Below, piece by piece: positions 27,976-38,230 of a stretch of 64,000 nucleotides of DNA. Numbering within the stretch: position 1 is the first letter of the stretch; each line of letters begins with the position of its first letter. The stretch comes from a virus. The notes below the pieces were generated by a model that saw nothing but the letters and a program-made list of their open reading frames with translations, ran no database searches and was not told the DNA's origin. The DNA lies in the IMG/VR virus record IMGVR_UViG_3300021440_000014, positions 64,001-128,000 of that record; one strand, given 5' to 3'. The position numbers and the translations under genes were made by a program.

Positions 27976-28968
27976 ATGGCTCATAAAATCAACAAACGCG
28001 ACATTCAAACCGGACTCACTCAAGCGTGGCATGGCAAGACTAACCTTGTGGAAAAGATTACCCGCGAGAATAGCGGCATCGTTTATCCCATGAGCAAGCA
28101 ACCTCTCTTGCTTCCCAACAAGACAGAAACGGAACATTTTGCAATCGTTAGCGACGACGACGGTTTGCCAATTGGTAATCCTGTTAAAAAGGGTTACAAG
28201 CTCATTACTAATGAGCAGATGCTTGACATTATCGACAAAACCATTGCCGGAACAAGTCACCAAATTGTTTCCATCGGTTCCGTTAGTAATCGCGAGAAAG
28301 TTTTCGCCTCGATTAAGGTATCAGATGATTTCATCGCGGCGGGACGCAAGACAGAGAATACCCTAAACATTCTTTGGGGTCATGGCGGTGTGTTCAGCGT
28401 CATGGGTCGTTCTAGCTTTACTGTCGTCGTTTGCGCGAATACCTTTCAAATGGCTTTGGTTACGGGCGGAAAAGATTTTGCCTTTCGCATGAAGCATACC
28501 GGCAACGCTGTATTGAAACTGGATAACTTCTCAGAAGCTCTCGATTCACATTACGGCGTAGTTGCTGAATTCCGCGCAGCAATGGAAGAGTTTTCTAATA
28601 CTTCCATTTCTAAAGTTGATGCAAAACGCGCAATTGCAGGCTTTCTTGTCGAAGACGAAAAGCTTAATCAAATGCAGAAATTGCCTACTCGAACAACTAA
28701 CGTCATTGAGCGCGTCAATCAGTTGTTTACTGGTGGTCCCGGTAACAAGGGCGAAAATCTTGCTGACTTGTTCAATGGTTTTACTGATTACTATACCCAT
28801 GAAAGCTCTGGAATTGGTAGTGGCGGGAAAGATAACTGGAAACAGTTTGAATCATCGGAATTCGGAAGCGCGAATCGTAAGAAAATGGAAGTCTTCGATC
28901 TTCTCTCTGATTCCGATGCTTTTAATAAGACACTTGTGCGCGGCGACAAGGTTTTGCAGCTAATGTAA
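27976..28968 (+). CDS. DUF932/DUF945-family protein
   Basis: AWHG, Y.LI.N, VVCANT, MKHT, FNGFTDYYTH. Confidence 0.75.
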   Translation: MAHKINKRDIQTGLTQAWHGKTNLVEKITRENSGIVYPMSKQPLLLPNKTETEHFAIVSDDDGLPIGNPVKKGYKLITNEQMLDIIDKTIAGTSHQIVSIGSVSNREKVFASIKVSDDFIAAGRKTENTLNILWGHGGVFSVMGRSSFTVVVCANTFQMALVTGGKDFAFRMKHTGNAVLKLDNFSEALDSHYGVVAEFRAAMEEFSNTSISKVDAKRAIAGFLVEDEKLNQMQKLPTRTTNVIERVNQLFTGGPGNKGENLADLFNGFTDYYTHESSGIGSGGKDNWKQFESSEFGSANRKKMEVFDLLSDSDAFNKTLVRGDKVLQLM

Positions 28969-29037
28969 AAACAAAATGGGGAAGTAACTAACCCATTTGA
29001 TTCTTTACTTTCTATAAAAATGAAATAGAATTTAGGT

Positions 29038-29352
29038 ATGCAAACGGAACCAGATATTCTTACAGAACATTACGGAGTATCTCAAGGGTATGATATACCT
29101 AGATTTAGATCGACATTAAATTCCTCATGCGTCAATTTTATTAAATGGCAGGAAAAGCGTTTAGACGCGAATTGCAGCAAAGTATGGTGGCAAAAAAATA
29201 GATTAGGCGAAACTTTTTTATTCGGCAAATTCAATTGCAAAGATAAAAGCTGGATACCTGTTACGCTTGCTTATTATTACCCGAATGTAGGTTTCGTCAC
29301 TCAAAGACGGGAAGTTATAGAATTTAGATTAGCCCATAACCCTTTTGATTAA
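29038..29352 (+). CDS. hypothetical protein
   Basis: Leaderless promoter. Confidence 0.5.
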   Translation: MQTEPDILTEHYGVSQGYDIPRFRSTLNSSCVNFIKWQEKRLDANCSKVWWQKNRLGETFLFGKFNCKDKSWIPVTLAYYYPNVGFVTQRREVIEFRLAHNPFD

Positions 29353-29556
29353 AAATATGTATTTCGGCCTAACACATTGGAAAGGTGACTTGTTCGATAT
29401 GTTCTTTTGCAGTGATATTTCCTTCCATACTTGGAATAAAGAAATCATTTCTGAACCCTTCATTGAGATTCCTTATTGGGAAATTGGACAATTGCTAGGA
29501 GGTAATTGACAAAACAGAAAAACCTGCTAAAGTATAAGGGTAGCAGATAGTTAAAT

Positions 29557-29635
29557 GCGCCATTAGCTCATCGTAGGTTAGAGCAGTCTCTTTATAAGGG
29601 TCAGGTGGATCGTTCAAGCCGATCATGGCGTACCA
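29557..29635 (+). tRNA. tRNA-Ile(TAT)
   Basis: GCGCCAT/ATGGCGT, loop TTTATAA, one mismatch in the anticodon stem, CCA. Confidence 0.8.
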
Positions 29636-29961
29636 ATTTTGCCGGTAGATTATAGAAAAAAGGGGGTAGGTGTTTCATTCATTACCTATAGTTTACCGGC
29701 TTTCTTTTTTTTATTATGCAAATTAAAAAAGTTCTAATTTTAAATAGATGGGATTTCGATTTTGAGAAAAAGGAATTTAAAAATCTTTCCGTTGGCTTAC
29801 TTAATGCTGTGGATAGAGTCGAATATGATAACGGCGATACGCATATTCTACTTGACTATAAAATAAACGTATTTTCTACTCAGGAAAAATTTAATGCAAA
29901 AATGAAAGAATTGCGTTTAATGAATTGACTTTTAATAAAAATAGAATAGGATTGTCTCGTA

Positions 29962-30624
29962 ATGAAATTCTCCTTCACTCTGGTTTCTCAAAACTCAAAA
30001 ACTGGTCCTATCCCTGTGACCGGAACAAGTAAGGACTCTTGCCCCGATGCTTGTCCGCTTAAGAATAACGGATGCTATGCCGCGAGCGGACGCTTGAACA
30101 TTCATTGGACTCGTTTAGAGAGCAAAGGATTAAACCTTGCCCAGCTTACGGAAAAGATTAAATCTATTCCTAGCGGTCGTTTGTGGCGACACAATCAGAT
30201 GGGCGACTTACCGGGAAAGAATGACAAGATCGACGGCAAAGCGGTAAACTCGATTGTTGAGGCTAACAAGGGGCGCAAGGGATTTACTTATACCCATTAC
30301 GATCCTTCTATCGGCAAGAATGCTTCAATCGTCAAATCCGCTAATCAAAATGGTTTTACGATTAACCTTTCCGCCGACAATCTAAGCGAGGCTGATACGT
30401 TCTCCGATATGGGAGTCGCGCCGGTCGTAACTATCTTGCCAAGCGATCAAAAGGGTAACACTGTTACACCTAAAGGGCGCAAGGTGGTAGTCTGTCCTAA
30501 CTATACTCATGGAGTGCAATGCATGGATTGTCAGCTTTGCCAGCGGGCAGATCGTAGCGTAATCGTCGGCTTCCCCGCTCATGGAATTTCGTTCAAAAGA
30601 GTAAATCAAATTGCAAAACAGTAA
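29962..30624 (+). CDS. conserved Cys-rich phage protein (possible Fe-S/Zn binding)
   Basis: NSKTG, CPDACP...CYA, RHNQMGD, YTH, C..C.LC, FPAHG. Confidence 0.6.
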   Translation: MKFSFTLVSQNSKTGPIPVTGTSKDSCPDACPLKNNGCYAASGRLNIHWTRLESKGLNLAQLTEKIKSIPSGRLWRHNQMGDLPGKNDKIDGKAVNSIVEANKGRKGFTYTHYDPSIGKNASIVKSANQNGFTINLSADNLSEADTFSDMGVAPVVTILPSDQKGNTVTPKGRKVVVCPNYTHGVQCMDCQLCQRADRSVIVGFPAHGISFKRVNQIAKQ

Positions 30625-30709
30625 AATATGCCTATAATAGTAATCGCGCTAACAATCCTAATTGTCGTTATGATCGTAAGAATGATTAACCATAATCCAC
30701 ATAGCTAGA

Positions 30710-30955
30710 ATGAAACTGTTAAAACTAATTGAAGCGGCGACGCTTATCACCGCTAACGGAAAGGTCTGTAAGGCTACCGTTAGTCCCGAAATTGGAGATC
30801 CACAAAACCCTGTTCTAACTTTGAATTGGGGCAAAGGGAATGCTATTTTCCTAGAGGAGAATATCTCTAAGGCTTTGGACTATAAGGGCAGGCATCAAAT
30901 GCAATGTATGAAAGGTGACTGGTTTGAAATTGAAATTCACGCAAGATATATTTAA
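30710..30955 (+). CDS. hypothetical protein
   Basis: ORF track. Confidence 0.45.
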   Translation: MKLLKLIEAATLITANGKVCKATVSPEIGDPQNPVLTLNWGKGNAIFLEENISKALDYKGRHQMQCMKGDWFEIEIHARYI

Positions 30956-30956
30956 A

Positions 30957-31262
30957 ATGAAAACAAAATACACTAAACAATACTTCTATGAATTCTTTTC
31001 TAAGCTTAAAAAGCAAGGTAAGCTTGGAACAGGTCAACTAATGAAAAACGATGGCAAAACACCTTGTTGTGCTTTAGGACACCTTGGAGTGAGATTTGAT
31101 AGATTCGCCGACTATAGATTTACTAATAAAGTTGTTAAAGAAAAAGTAATCGCACTAGGCCGGTTACTTGGAGTACCTAAAGATCAAAACGATATTGATG
31201 TTCATATTAATTGTATCATTGATGCGAATGACCATAATAAACTACTCAATAATCTTGAATAG
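30957..31262 (+). CDS. hypothetical protein
   Basis: Start moved to MKTKYTK; CCALGHL...AND. Confidence 0.5.
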   Translation: MKTKYTKQYFYEFFSKLKKQGKLGTGQLMKNDGKTPCCALGHLGVRFDRFADYRFTNKVVKEKVIALGRLLGVPKDQNDIDVHINCIIDANDHNKLLNNLE

Positions 31263-31284
31263 CTTTATTTAGATACTATCAGTT

Positions 31285-31352
31285 AACCCGCCTTTATTTG
31301 GCGGGTTTTTTATTTGCATAGAAAAGAAAAAATGCCGCTTTTGGCGGCATTA
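31285..31352. terminator. convergent terminators
   Basis: AACCCGCC..GGCGGGTT+T tract and AATGCCGC..GCGGCATT at the strand switch. Confidence 0.7.
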
Positions 31353-31382
31353 CTAAAACTAAGTAGGAATTACTATGGTAAA

Positions 31383-31664
31383 CTAATTCAAATCTCCTTT
31401 ATTAAAAAGGAATTTAGAATTATTTGGCCAAAGAACAGCCGTTCTAAGGCGACCAAGCATTTCATAATCCTTATTACAAAGCTTAACAACTTTTGAATAG
31501 TAGTGATGAGGGGCTTGCAAGATTTCAAGAACTTGGAAAATTCTGCCATCAAAATTCCCACTTTGTTCAACGATATCTCCCACTTTATAGTTGTGAGTAA
31601 TAGGTTTGGGCACTTTACTTGCAAATCTGCCATGACTATCTCTTAGGTAAGTTTTCTTTTCCAT
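31383..31664 (-). CDS. hypothetical protein with RDxxGRF motif
   Basis: RDSHGRF, also seen at the rIIB C-terminus (RDAKGRF). Confidence 0.5.
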   Translation of the reverse strand: MEKKTYLRDSHGRFASKVPKPITHNYKVGDIVEQSGNFDGRIFQVLEILQAPHHYYSKVVKLCNKDYEMLGRLRTAVLWPNNSKFLFNKGDLN

Positions 31665-31709
31665 ATTTATTTATTTATTTATTTTAATCTATATTTATTA
31701 TTTGTCAAT

Positions 31710-31988
31710 TTAAACGTTCGCAGCCTTACAAACTTCACGAATGTCTTCTATGGTAGTACTTTCAGCATCATTAAATCCTGCAACACTACAAAAGATATAT
31801 GGCACGTTTACTCTTTTTGATATTACCTTCCTTAATCGGTCAAATCCGCTTGCTCTTTCTCGTCCATTTACAATATAAATATCATGCATCGCGCCAACCA
31901 AGCATCTCTTTTCTCCTTTTCTCATTTGGCACTTCACCCATCTCTTCTTATTTGCGAAAAACTCTTGAAGACTTTTATATTTTCTCAT
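31710..31988 (-). CDS. small phage protein family, paralog 1
   Basis: W.K...CLVGA...FND...TIEDI; paralogs at 36028 and 51663. Confidence 0.6.
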   Translation of the reverse strand: MRKYKSLQEFFANKKRWVKCQMRKGEKRCLVGAMHDIYIVNGRERASGFDRLRKVISKRVNVPYIFCSVAGFNDAESTTIEDIREVCKAANV

Positions 31989-32302
31989 AAATAGAATATT
32001 ATAGTTTATTTATTTAATGTCAAACTATTATTCCGTGGCATAATGGATAATAGTAACTTCTTGGCAGCGATCATTATCTCGCGGAATCATTGCCGCCAAA
32101 CGTCCAGTTCCCAACTCCATTGCGTTTTGGCTATATCCCAATTGAGCGCAATAAACTGGAGTTATTTTGACAAAAAGTTGCTCTACTCCATTATAATGAA
32201 AAACAGTTCCAATTTTCAGTCTTTCAAAATCAAATTTCTTTTTGGTTTCAATTCTTTTAAATTCAATCATAGGAATATTGTATACTTTTTTTATAAAATG
32301 TC

Positions 32303-32439
32303 AAGCGGGCAACCAACTTCCGATGCTCCATCCGAAAACCCCGGCATGGGTCAAAGGACTTCGGCGCATTTCACAGTTAGCTTATAAGGGATTGCCTTCC
32401 TACCTATAGCTCTTTCTTAGCTCCATCAGCCGCCCGCTT
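32303..32439 (-). ncRNA. candidate structured RNA
   Basis: 14-bp terminal stem and internal hairpins; GC-rich intergenic island. Confidence 0.45.
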
Positions 32440-33004
32440 TAAAATAGATTAAAAACATTTATTTCCGGCCAAAAACGTTTATTTTACATTAAAATTAGTT
32501 AAATTCTTATATTTATCCTCTAAAATCATGCTGTTTATTTGACGCTGATATTGCCCGCATAAAACCAAAGTTTCTAACCAGCTTTCTTTACAGTCATCAT
32601 AAAGAGATATGTAATGTTCATAAAGCTTTTTATTACGCAAATTCTCATTCGTTATTAGCTTTATTTGATTTTCTAATTTATTTTTATTAAAACGGTGGGT
32701 AATTGAGGTAGCAATAAGTGTGCAACAAAGCACTATAATAGAAAGCTGATACCATATTGACGAACGATTTTCGCTATTCATTTATTTTTCCCTTTAAAAG
32801 TGAAAATTGCAATATCTTTATATAGAGAGTATGTGATTATAAGCAAACTAGGGCCAAACGCAATATAAATTAAAAATTTCTCTATAGTGAATTTAGTTGG
32901 CTCACACCTTTGCTTGGATTCAAGATACTCAGCCAAAAGACCTATAATTAGACCTACAAACATCCAGATAAAAACAGTTAAAAATATAATCATATTATTT
33001 TTTT

Positions 33005-33304
33005 TTAATAGTAACTCTTTTTAGTAAAAGTAAATTCAATGTTTAGGCTATTTTGCCATTCTAAATGATGCATAGAAGTAATTTTATATCCATTATTGTC
33101 AAGAATATACTGTTCCCCAATTGAAGTATTGACCTGTCTTGGAAATATACACATTGGTTTCAGCCCCATTCTTTCGGCTACTTGATAAACAACACACCCA
33201 CAAACATACGAGAAATTAGGAGTGCCTATTTCAGCCATCGCTTTATCAATATCTTCCTGAGTAACTTTAGCGCAAATCACTTCTTTTTGAGTGTCGTTTT
33301 CCAT
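33005..33304 (-). CDS. hypothetical protein
   Basis: VTQEDID...C.V. Confidence 0.5.
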   Translation of the reverse strand: MENDTQKEVICAKVTQEDIDKAMAEIGTPNFSYVCGCVVYQVAERMGLKPMCIFPRQVNTSIGEQYILDNNGYKITSMHHLEWQNSLNIEFTFTKKSYY

Positions 33305-34238
33305 ATACTTTTAATACTCTATCTTATTTTTCCATTTTTTCAAGCGAAAAACACAAAACATCAAAATCATTGGGTTTTTTGAAGATTTTTTTGTGTCCAG
33401 CTTATGTCAAAAAGCTCATAAACCTAATCAAAAAATCATCTATTTTCAGCTAAAAATTTTAACAAATTCAAGTAACAAATCTTACCGTGAGCGGGCCTAG
33501 ATTTCTTATTTGTGAGATTTTTGATTCAAAATTTGTGAAGTGCGCAATTTTTGCACAGCGAAATACCCTCATTTCATTGGGGTTTTTGCATATTTTGTAG
33601 TAAGTGTGCAAATTTTTCACTAATTTTATTTTTATTTTTATTTCAGGAGATAATTGCCGCTCAGATTAATAAAACAACAACTCAAACCTCTACCTCCAAT
33701 ACTATATCAGTTCTTTCTCTACTGTCTATACTATTATATCTCTCTTATCTATTTGTTCTTTCTATTTTTGAAAATGATTATAAACACAACTACTTGAGCC
33801 ACAAAGGTTAACATTGAAAAAATGATGTCAATTGCGAGCTTCTTTTCCATTGTGTTTTTGTTCTATTTTTGGGTGAAAAAAGTGTTATTTATTTAGATTT
33901 TTGAAACAGGTAAATCCTACCATGTTTTTGGGGCTTTACAAGTGAAAATCGTTTATTTCCATTAAGCGGGCCTCAGTGTCATACTTAAAGATAAAAAATA
34001 ATAGAATATATAGTCAATAGATATTGACATTCCTTTAAAGATATATCTGTAATCCTTTTAAATTATACCTTATTTTAGTAAAATATAATTTAATATCATT
34101 TATTATTATAAATTATAATAGAATATAATAATCTATATTAGATCCAACATACCCATTTCTTTTCAGGATTATATCTCTCTAGCTCTACTCCGTATGAATC
34201 TAATTGAGTCCATTCCTTATTTTTATGCGCCGTCAATA

Positions 34239-34655
34239 CTATTTCTCCGCATAATCTTCCATACCTTGTCCCTCTTCGTATTCTATGGAAACAGGAATTT
34301 GGGCAACGACACCGTTCTGTGAGCAGAATCTTTTATTAGCTTTTTCGTAAATAAAATAACCTGCGCCTGAATTTTTCACTATAATAAATCCTTGTAAAAC
34401 TTTCTTCTCTGGAACGTTTTGAATGTATTTTCCTTTTAGCTCTTCATAAAAATAAGAGATGTCAAAACCAAATGCTTTAACTATCTTTCCTTCCCTTGTA
34501 GTTTCAACAATGCCATGATAGAAAGAGTTAATTCTTAATTCAAACAAAAACGGAGCATCGGCCACTACAGAGCAATTGCTGCTCAATAATTTAATTTCAG
34601 TTTTATGTTTAAAATCACGAATTTGAAATGGTTGAGTGACAATAAGTTCTTTCAT
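34239..34655 (-). CDS. hypothetical protein
   Basis: C-terminal IEYEEGQGM shared with 48554-48889. Confidence 0.5.
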   Translation of the reverse strand: MKELIVTQPFQIRDFKHKTEIKLLSSNCSVVADAPFLFELRINSFYHGIVETTREGKIVKAFGFDISYFYEELKGKYIQNVPEKKVLQGFIIVKNSGAGYFIYEKANKRFCSQNGVVAQIPVSIEYEEGQGMEDYAEK

Positions 34656-35320
34656 GCTTCTTTTATACCTTATTTTTATAGATTGTCAAGAGTTGCTATA
34701 CTTTCTTTCGGGCAAAATTCTAAACAAAGATCCCAACGCGAAAGTAAATTCTGAATTTTTGCCTTTCTTTTTAATGGAAAGGCCGACAATCGTAAACCGA
34801 TAATGACCTGAGACGTAATCGAAATCCCTGACGGCATAAACCTTACCTTTCTCTGGCAATTGACCTTCTATGATCAAGCCAGCGGTATTCATGCTTTTAA
34901 AGTCAAATGTGCAGACTACCTTTTCAAATGGTCTATTATTATTCATTGTCTTTAATTAGTTTCTTAGCAATTTTAATAGCGTTTTGACTAAATTTTCCAC
35001 CAAGTTCATATAAACTTGGAGCATATTGTTGACAGATATGCAATAAATCTTTCAAAGATTTGGTTAAATCAGTATTTTCTTGTATCAATTCTGCCATTGA
35101 TTTTCCATTATCTTCTTCTAATTGAACCTCTTTTTCGTCAAAAAGATATCCTTTAAGCCCATGAAGGACATATTGGAAGGTATTTTTATCACTATTCCAG
35201 TAAACAAATTTAACGGTTGTCCAGTAGCTTTTTGAGTCAATCTCTACGTAGACTTTTGTATTTGGCGGAAATTTAGGCTTCATATAAGTATGATATACTA
35301 TTTTTTACGTCTGTCAAACA

Positions 35321-35587
35321 TTAGTCCTTATCTAAAGCATAAAAATTATGAGGATTACCACAACAAAAACAACCAAGCTGATAAGCATCCTGCCCCGTAA
35401 TTTGCTCGAATTCACTAATTGCCTGATCGATATCCATAAAATCCTTGGTGGCAGAAGTTGCCATCGCTCCAAGCCATCTTTTCTTTTCCCACTTAACCTT
35501 CCAACCTGAATATTCAAGCTTTCTCCAATCCTCATCAGAAAGCCACCATGAACCACCAGAGTTATTGCTTCTATATTGAATTTTCAT
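35321..35587 (-). CDS. hypothetical phage protein
   Basis: SNNSGGSWWL...GC.CCG.PH. Confidence 0.6.
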   Translation of the reverse strand: MKIQYRSNNSGGSWWLSDEDWRKLEYSGWKVKWEKKRWLGAMATSATKDFMDIDQAISEFEQITGQDAYQLGCFCCGNPHNFYALDKD

Positions 35588-36027
35588 TTACTTATGATTA
35601 ATTACAAATTCCATCGCCGTCCTATTTATCTCATGCTCCGCTAAACGCAAGGAATCGACGCCACCACAATTTTTGTATGTTTCCGCTAAAACTCTTACTT
35701 TGCTTTTTGGCGAAAGAATGCCAATTTTTCTCCATTCAAGAATGTCTTCGCATAATTCACAAAGATTTTCCTCAATGTAAGTATTATTCATAGATTTTTA
35801 ATATGCTGACACCAAAACAGGATTATACCTAATCATAACAGAAGGCATTCCATCCGGCACAAAATAAGTCTTTTTATCCTTCTTTACGAGAACGCCAGTA
35901 TGCCCGAAACCAATTCCATCATACTCTTTTGAGATAAAAACCGCATAAGTAATCTTGTTTTTCATGTTTTTATGATAGCTCTATTTTTTAGGAAATCAAT
36001 CACTAATAACCTGTATTTGGTAGGTAG

Positions 36028-36330
36028 TTAAACTTTAGCTAATCTAACTACTTTCCTGATATCTTCAATTGTTGTAGTAGGACAATCGTTAAACTTAATT
36101 ATGCTGCCCTGTCCATCTATTTTTAGAATTTCTTTTCGAAGTTTTCCTCTTACCTCTTCAACTTTTTTGAGTTTTTCCGGTCCATGTCCATAGATAAGAT
36201 ATGCCGCATGGGATAAACAACAAGCTGTCTCTTCTTCATTTGAAAAAACTCTCTTACACCATCTGCTTTTGTCTCTATAAAGAGATTTTATAGATTTATA
36301 TCTCGATTGCTTAATAGTTTTCATACACAA
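36028..36330 (-). CDS. small phage protein family, paralog 2
   Basis: RWCK...CCL..A...FND...TIEDIRKV. Confidence 0.6.
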   Translation of the reverse strand: MCMKTIKQSRYKSIKSLYRDKSRWCKRVFSNEEETACCLSHAAYLIYGHGPEKLKKVEEVRGKLRKEILKIDGQGSIIKFNDCPTTTIEDIRKVVRLAKV

Positions 36331-36346
36331 ACATTAGTCTATTTTT

Positions 36347-36766
36347 TTAAGAAATCAACTCTTTTAATGCGGGAAGGTATTTTTTAATTTGCTTATCGGT
36401 GGGTGAATCAGTAAGATTAGCCAGAATATCGGCAATTTTGACCATTTTTGCATAATGGTTATTTTTTACCTTCTGGATATAATCCAAGTAATCCTGCCCC
36501 TTTTGTTTGGTCAAAAGAAAAACAGCATTAGCAATACCGGCTTCTACTCCAAGAGCTACAAGCTCTTCAACTGAATACTCTTTATTGTCTTCGATAACAT
36601 CATGAAGCAACGCCACGGCTTTATAATCGTCTCCAAAGCCTAGAATCTCTTCTACAATCTTTGCAACCTTAATAGGATGCTCAATATAAGGTGTCACTCC
36701 GTCTCGCCTAGTTTGGCCTAAGTGAGCTTTAATGGCGATTTTTTCTGCTAATTTTAAAGTATCCAT
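36347..36766 (-). CDS. HD-domain hydrolase (SpoT/MESH1-like)
   Basis: AH.GQ.R.DG..PYI.HP..VA, ALLHDVIED, VKIAD...N. Confidence 0.85.
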   Translation of the reverse strand: MDTLKLAEKIAIKAHLGQTRRDGVTPYIEHPIKVAKIVEEILGFGDDYKAVALLHDVIEDNKEYSVEELVALGVEAGIANAVFLLTKQKGQDYLDYIQKVKNNHYAKMVKIADILANLTDSPTDKQIKKYLPALKELIS

Positions 36767-36986
36767 AATAAAATTTATTTAAATTTAGTATAAAGTTCAC
36801 AAATAGACCCCGGAGAAGTAATATAAACAAATCTATTTTTAGCTGGAGTTACCCCATTAGGGGGAGGCTCTGTAGTTATTGGCGCAAGACATACCGTATT
36901 AATCTCTTTACCTCTTATTCCTTTTAGCTGCCCAAAATGAATACAGGTTCGGCACTCTTGCGTTCTATCGTTCTCTTGCATCGGTT

Positions 36987-37292
36987 TTAGCTTCCCATGC
37001 CGTAATCTTCCGTGGCAAGCTTAAATGCCCGCCCAAGCGCAATACGTGTGCCAAGGCGACGATTAAAACAATCATTGACATGACAAGACGCTTCACCAAA
37101 GAAGTTCTTATTCTCTGGAGTCGTGACTTCAACTCGCGTAAGCCCGCCATTCTGAACCAGATTCAGTTTCTTTTCCTTAATGACGGAAGTATGAAACAAT
37201 TCATTCTCGCCTACCACAGGGCGGAAGTGCATAACACGAACCTTGAAACCATTCTTACGAGCATTTTCAACAGTGAACATATTGTTTTTCAT
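36987..37292 (-). CDS. hypothetical phage protein
   Basis: GG.T...GEA.C...D.FNRRLG..IALGRA. Confidence 0.6.
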   Translation of the reverse strand: MKNNMFTVENARKNGFKVRVMHFRPVVGENELFHTSVIKEKKLNLVQNGGLTRVEVTTPENKNFFGEASCHVNDCFNRRLGTRIALGRAFKLATEDYGMGS

Positions 37293-37375
37293 AGTGTTAG
37301 TATTCTATCTATTTTTTAAAAAATGTCAATCGTAAAGCAAATCGGCGACTATCTTTCGATAATCGCCGATCACAC

Positions 37376-38200
37376 TTAGCAGAAACGCCCCTTAGCGTCC
37401 CGCTTTGGCCCCTTTTTAGGCTTACTCTCACGAATCTCCTTGTAAGTCTTATTTTCTGGAGCATAATGAGAAGTAAAAGAGACATCCTCCCTATTCACTT
37501 CACGAATAACCTTATAGCGACAAAGGCGAATCTTTCCAAAGCCACCTTCGTCAGGAACCACTACAACGTCTCTAGGGTTAACCTTGACCATAATGTATCT
37601 ATAGTCATTTTTTCCGTAGTCTCTCGCATAACCAACAATATATTTATCAGATCCAACATGCAATCCTGATCCGGCACATTCAAATTTACTCTTGTTTACC
37701 TTGTTCCTATCCATGTAAACAGTCTCTCCAACTCTATTAGAGACTTTACCAGAATAAATATCCATCCAATCACCACGAATAGCCTTACAAGCTACGAAAT
37801 CGCCGTCTTCTGTAATTGGCAGGTAATGTGCTCCAATATAATTGTAAAGCGTATCCCGCGCCTCAATATCTGGATTCTGCATCAGCTTGTCAAGGAATTT
37901 AACAAGAGGCTTGTGAGGAATCCCCTCTGAAATGAAACTAAGAATCTGTTTAGTGACGCCGCTATTGAGAGCAACACCCTTATAGCGAACCTCCTTACCT
38001 TCAACAATTTCCACATTGAAACACTTTTCAATCGTTTGCTTTACCTCAAACAGTCGCTCAATCCCATTCAGACTGTTAGCTTTAATCTTTTCGATAATCT
38101 TCTTGAAATTAGGATGAGTATCGTGCGCAAGGAATCGCTTGCCGTTCTTATAAACCACTACTGACGTATTGGTGATATTGTATAGATAATTTGTATTCAT
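37376..38200 (-). CDS. rIIB: rIIB-like protein
   Basis: L.QNP, LPITEDGDFVA.K, C..SGLHV, VKVNPRDVV.VP, K.R.CRY. Confidence 0.85.
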   Translation of the reverse strand: MNTNYLYNITNTSVVVYKNGKRFLAHDTHPNFKKIIEKIKANSLNGIERLFEVKQTIEKCFNVEIVEGKEVRYKGVALNSGVTKQILSFISEGIPHKPLVKFLDKLMQNPDIEARDTLYNYIGAHYLPITEDGDFVACKAIRGDWMDIYSGKVSNRVGETVYMDRNKVNKSKFECAGSGLHVGSDKYIVGYARDYGKNDYRYIMVKVNPRDVVVVPDEGGFGKIRLCRYKVIREVNREDVSFTSHYAPENKTYKEIRESKPKKGPKRDAKGRFC

Positions 38201-38230
38201 ATTGATATATTATGGCTATTTTTTAGAAAG

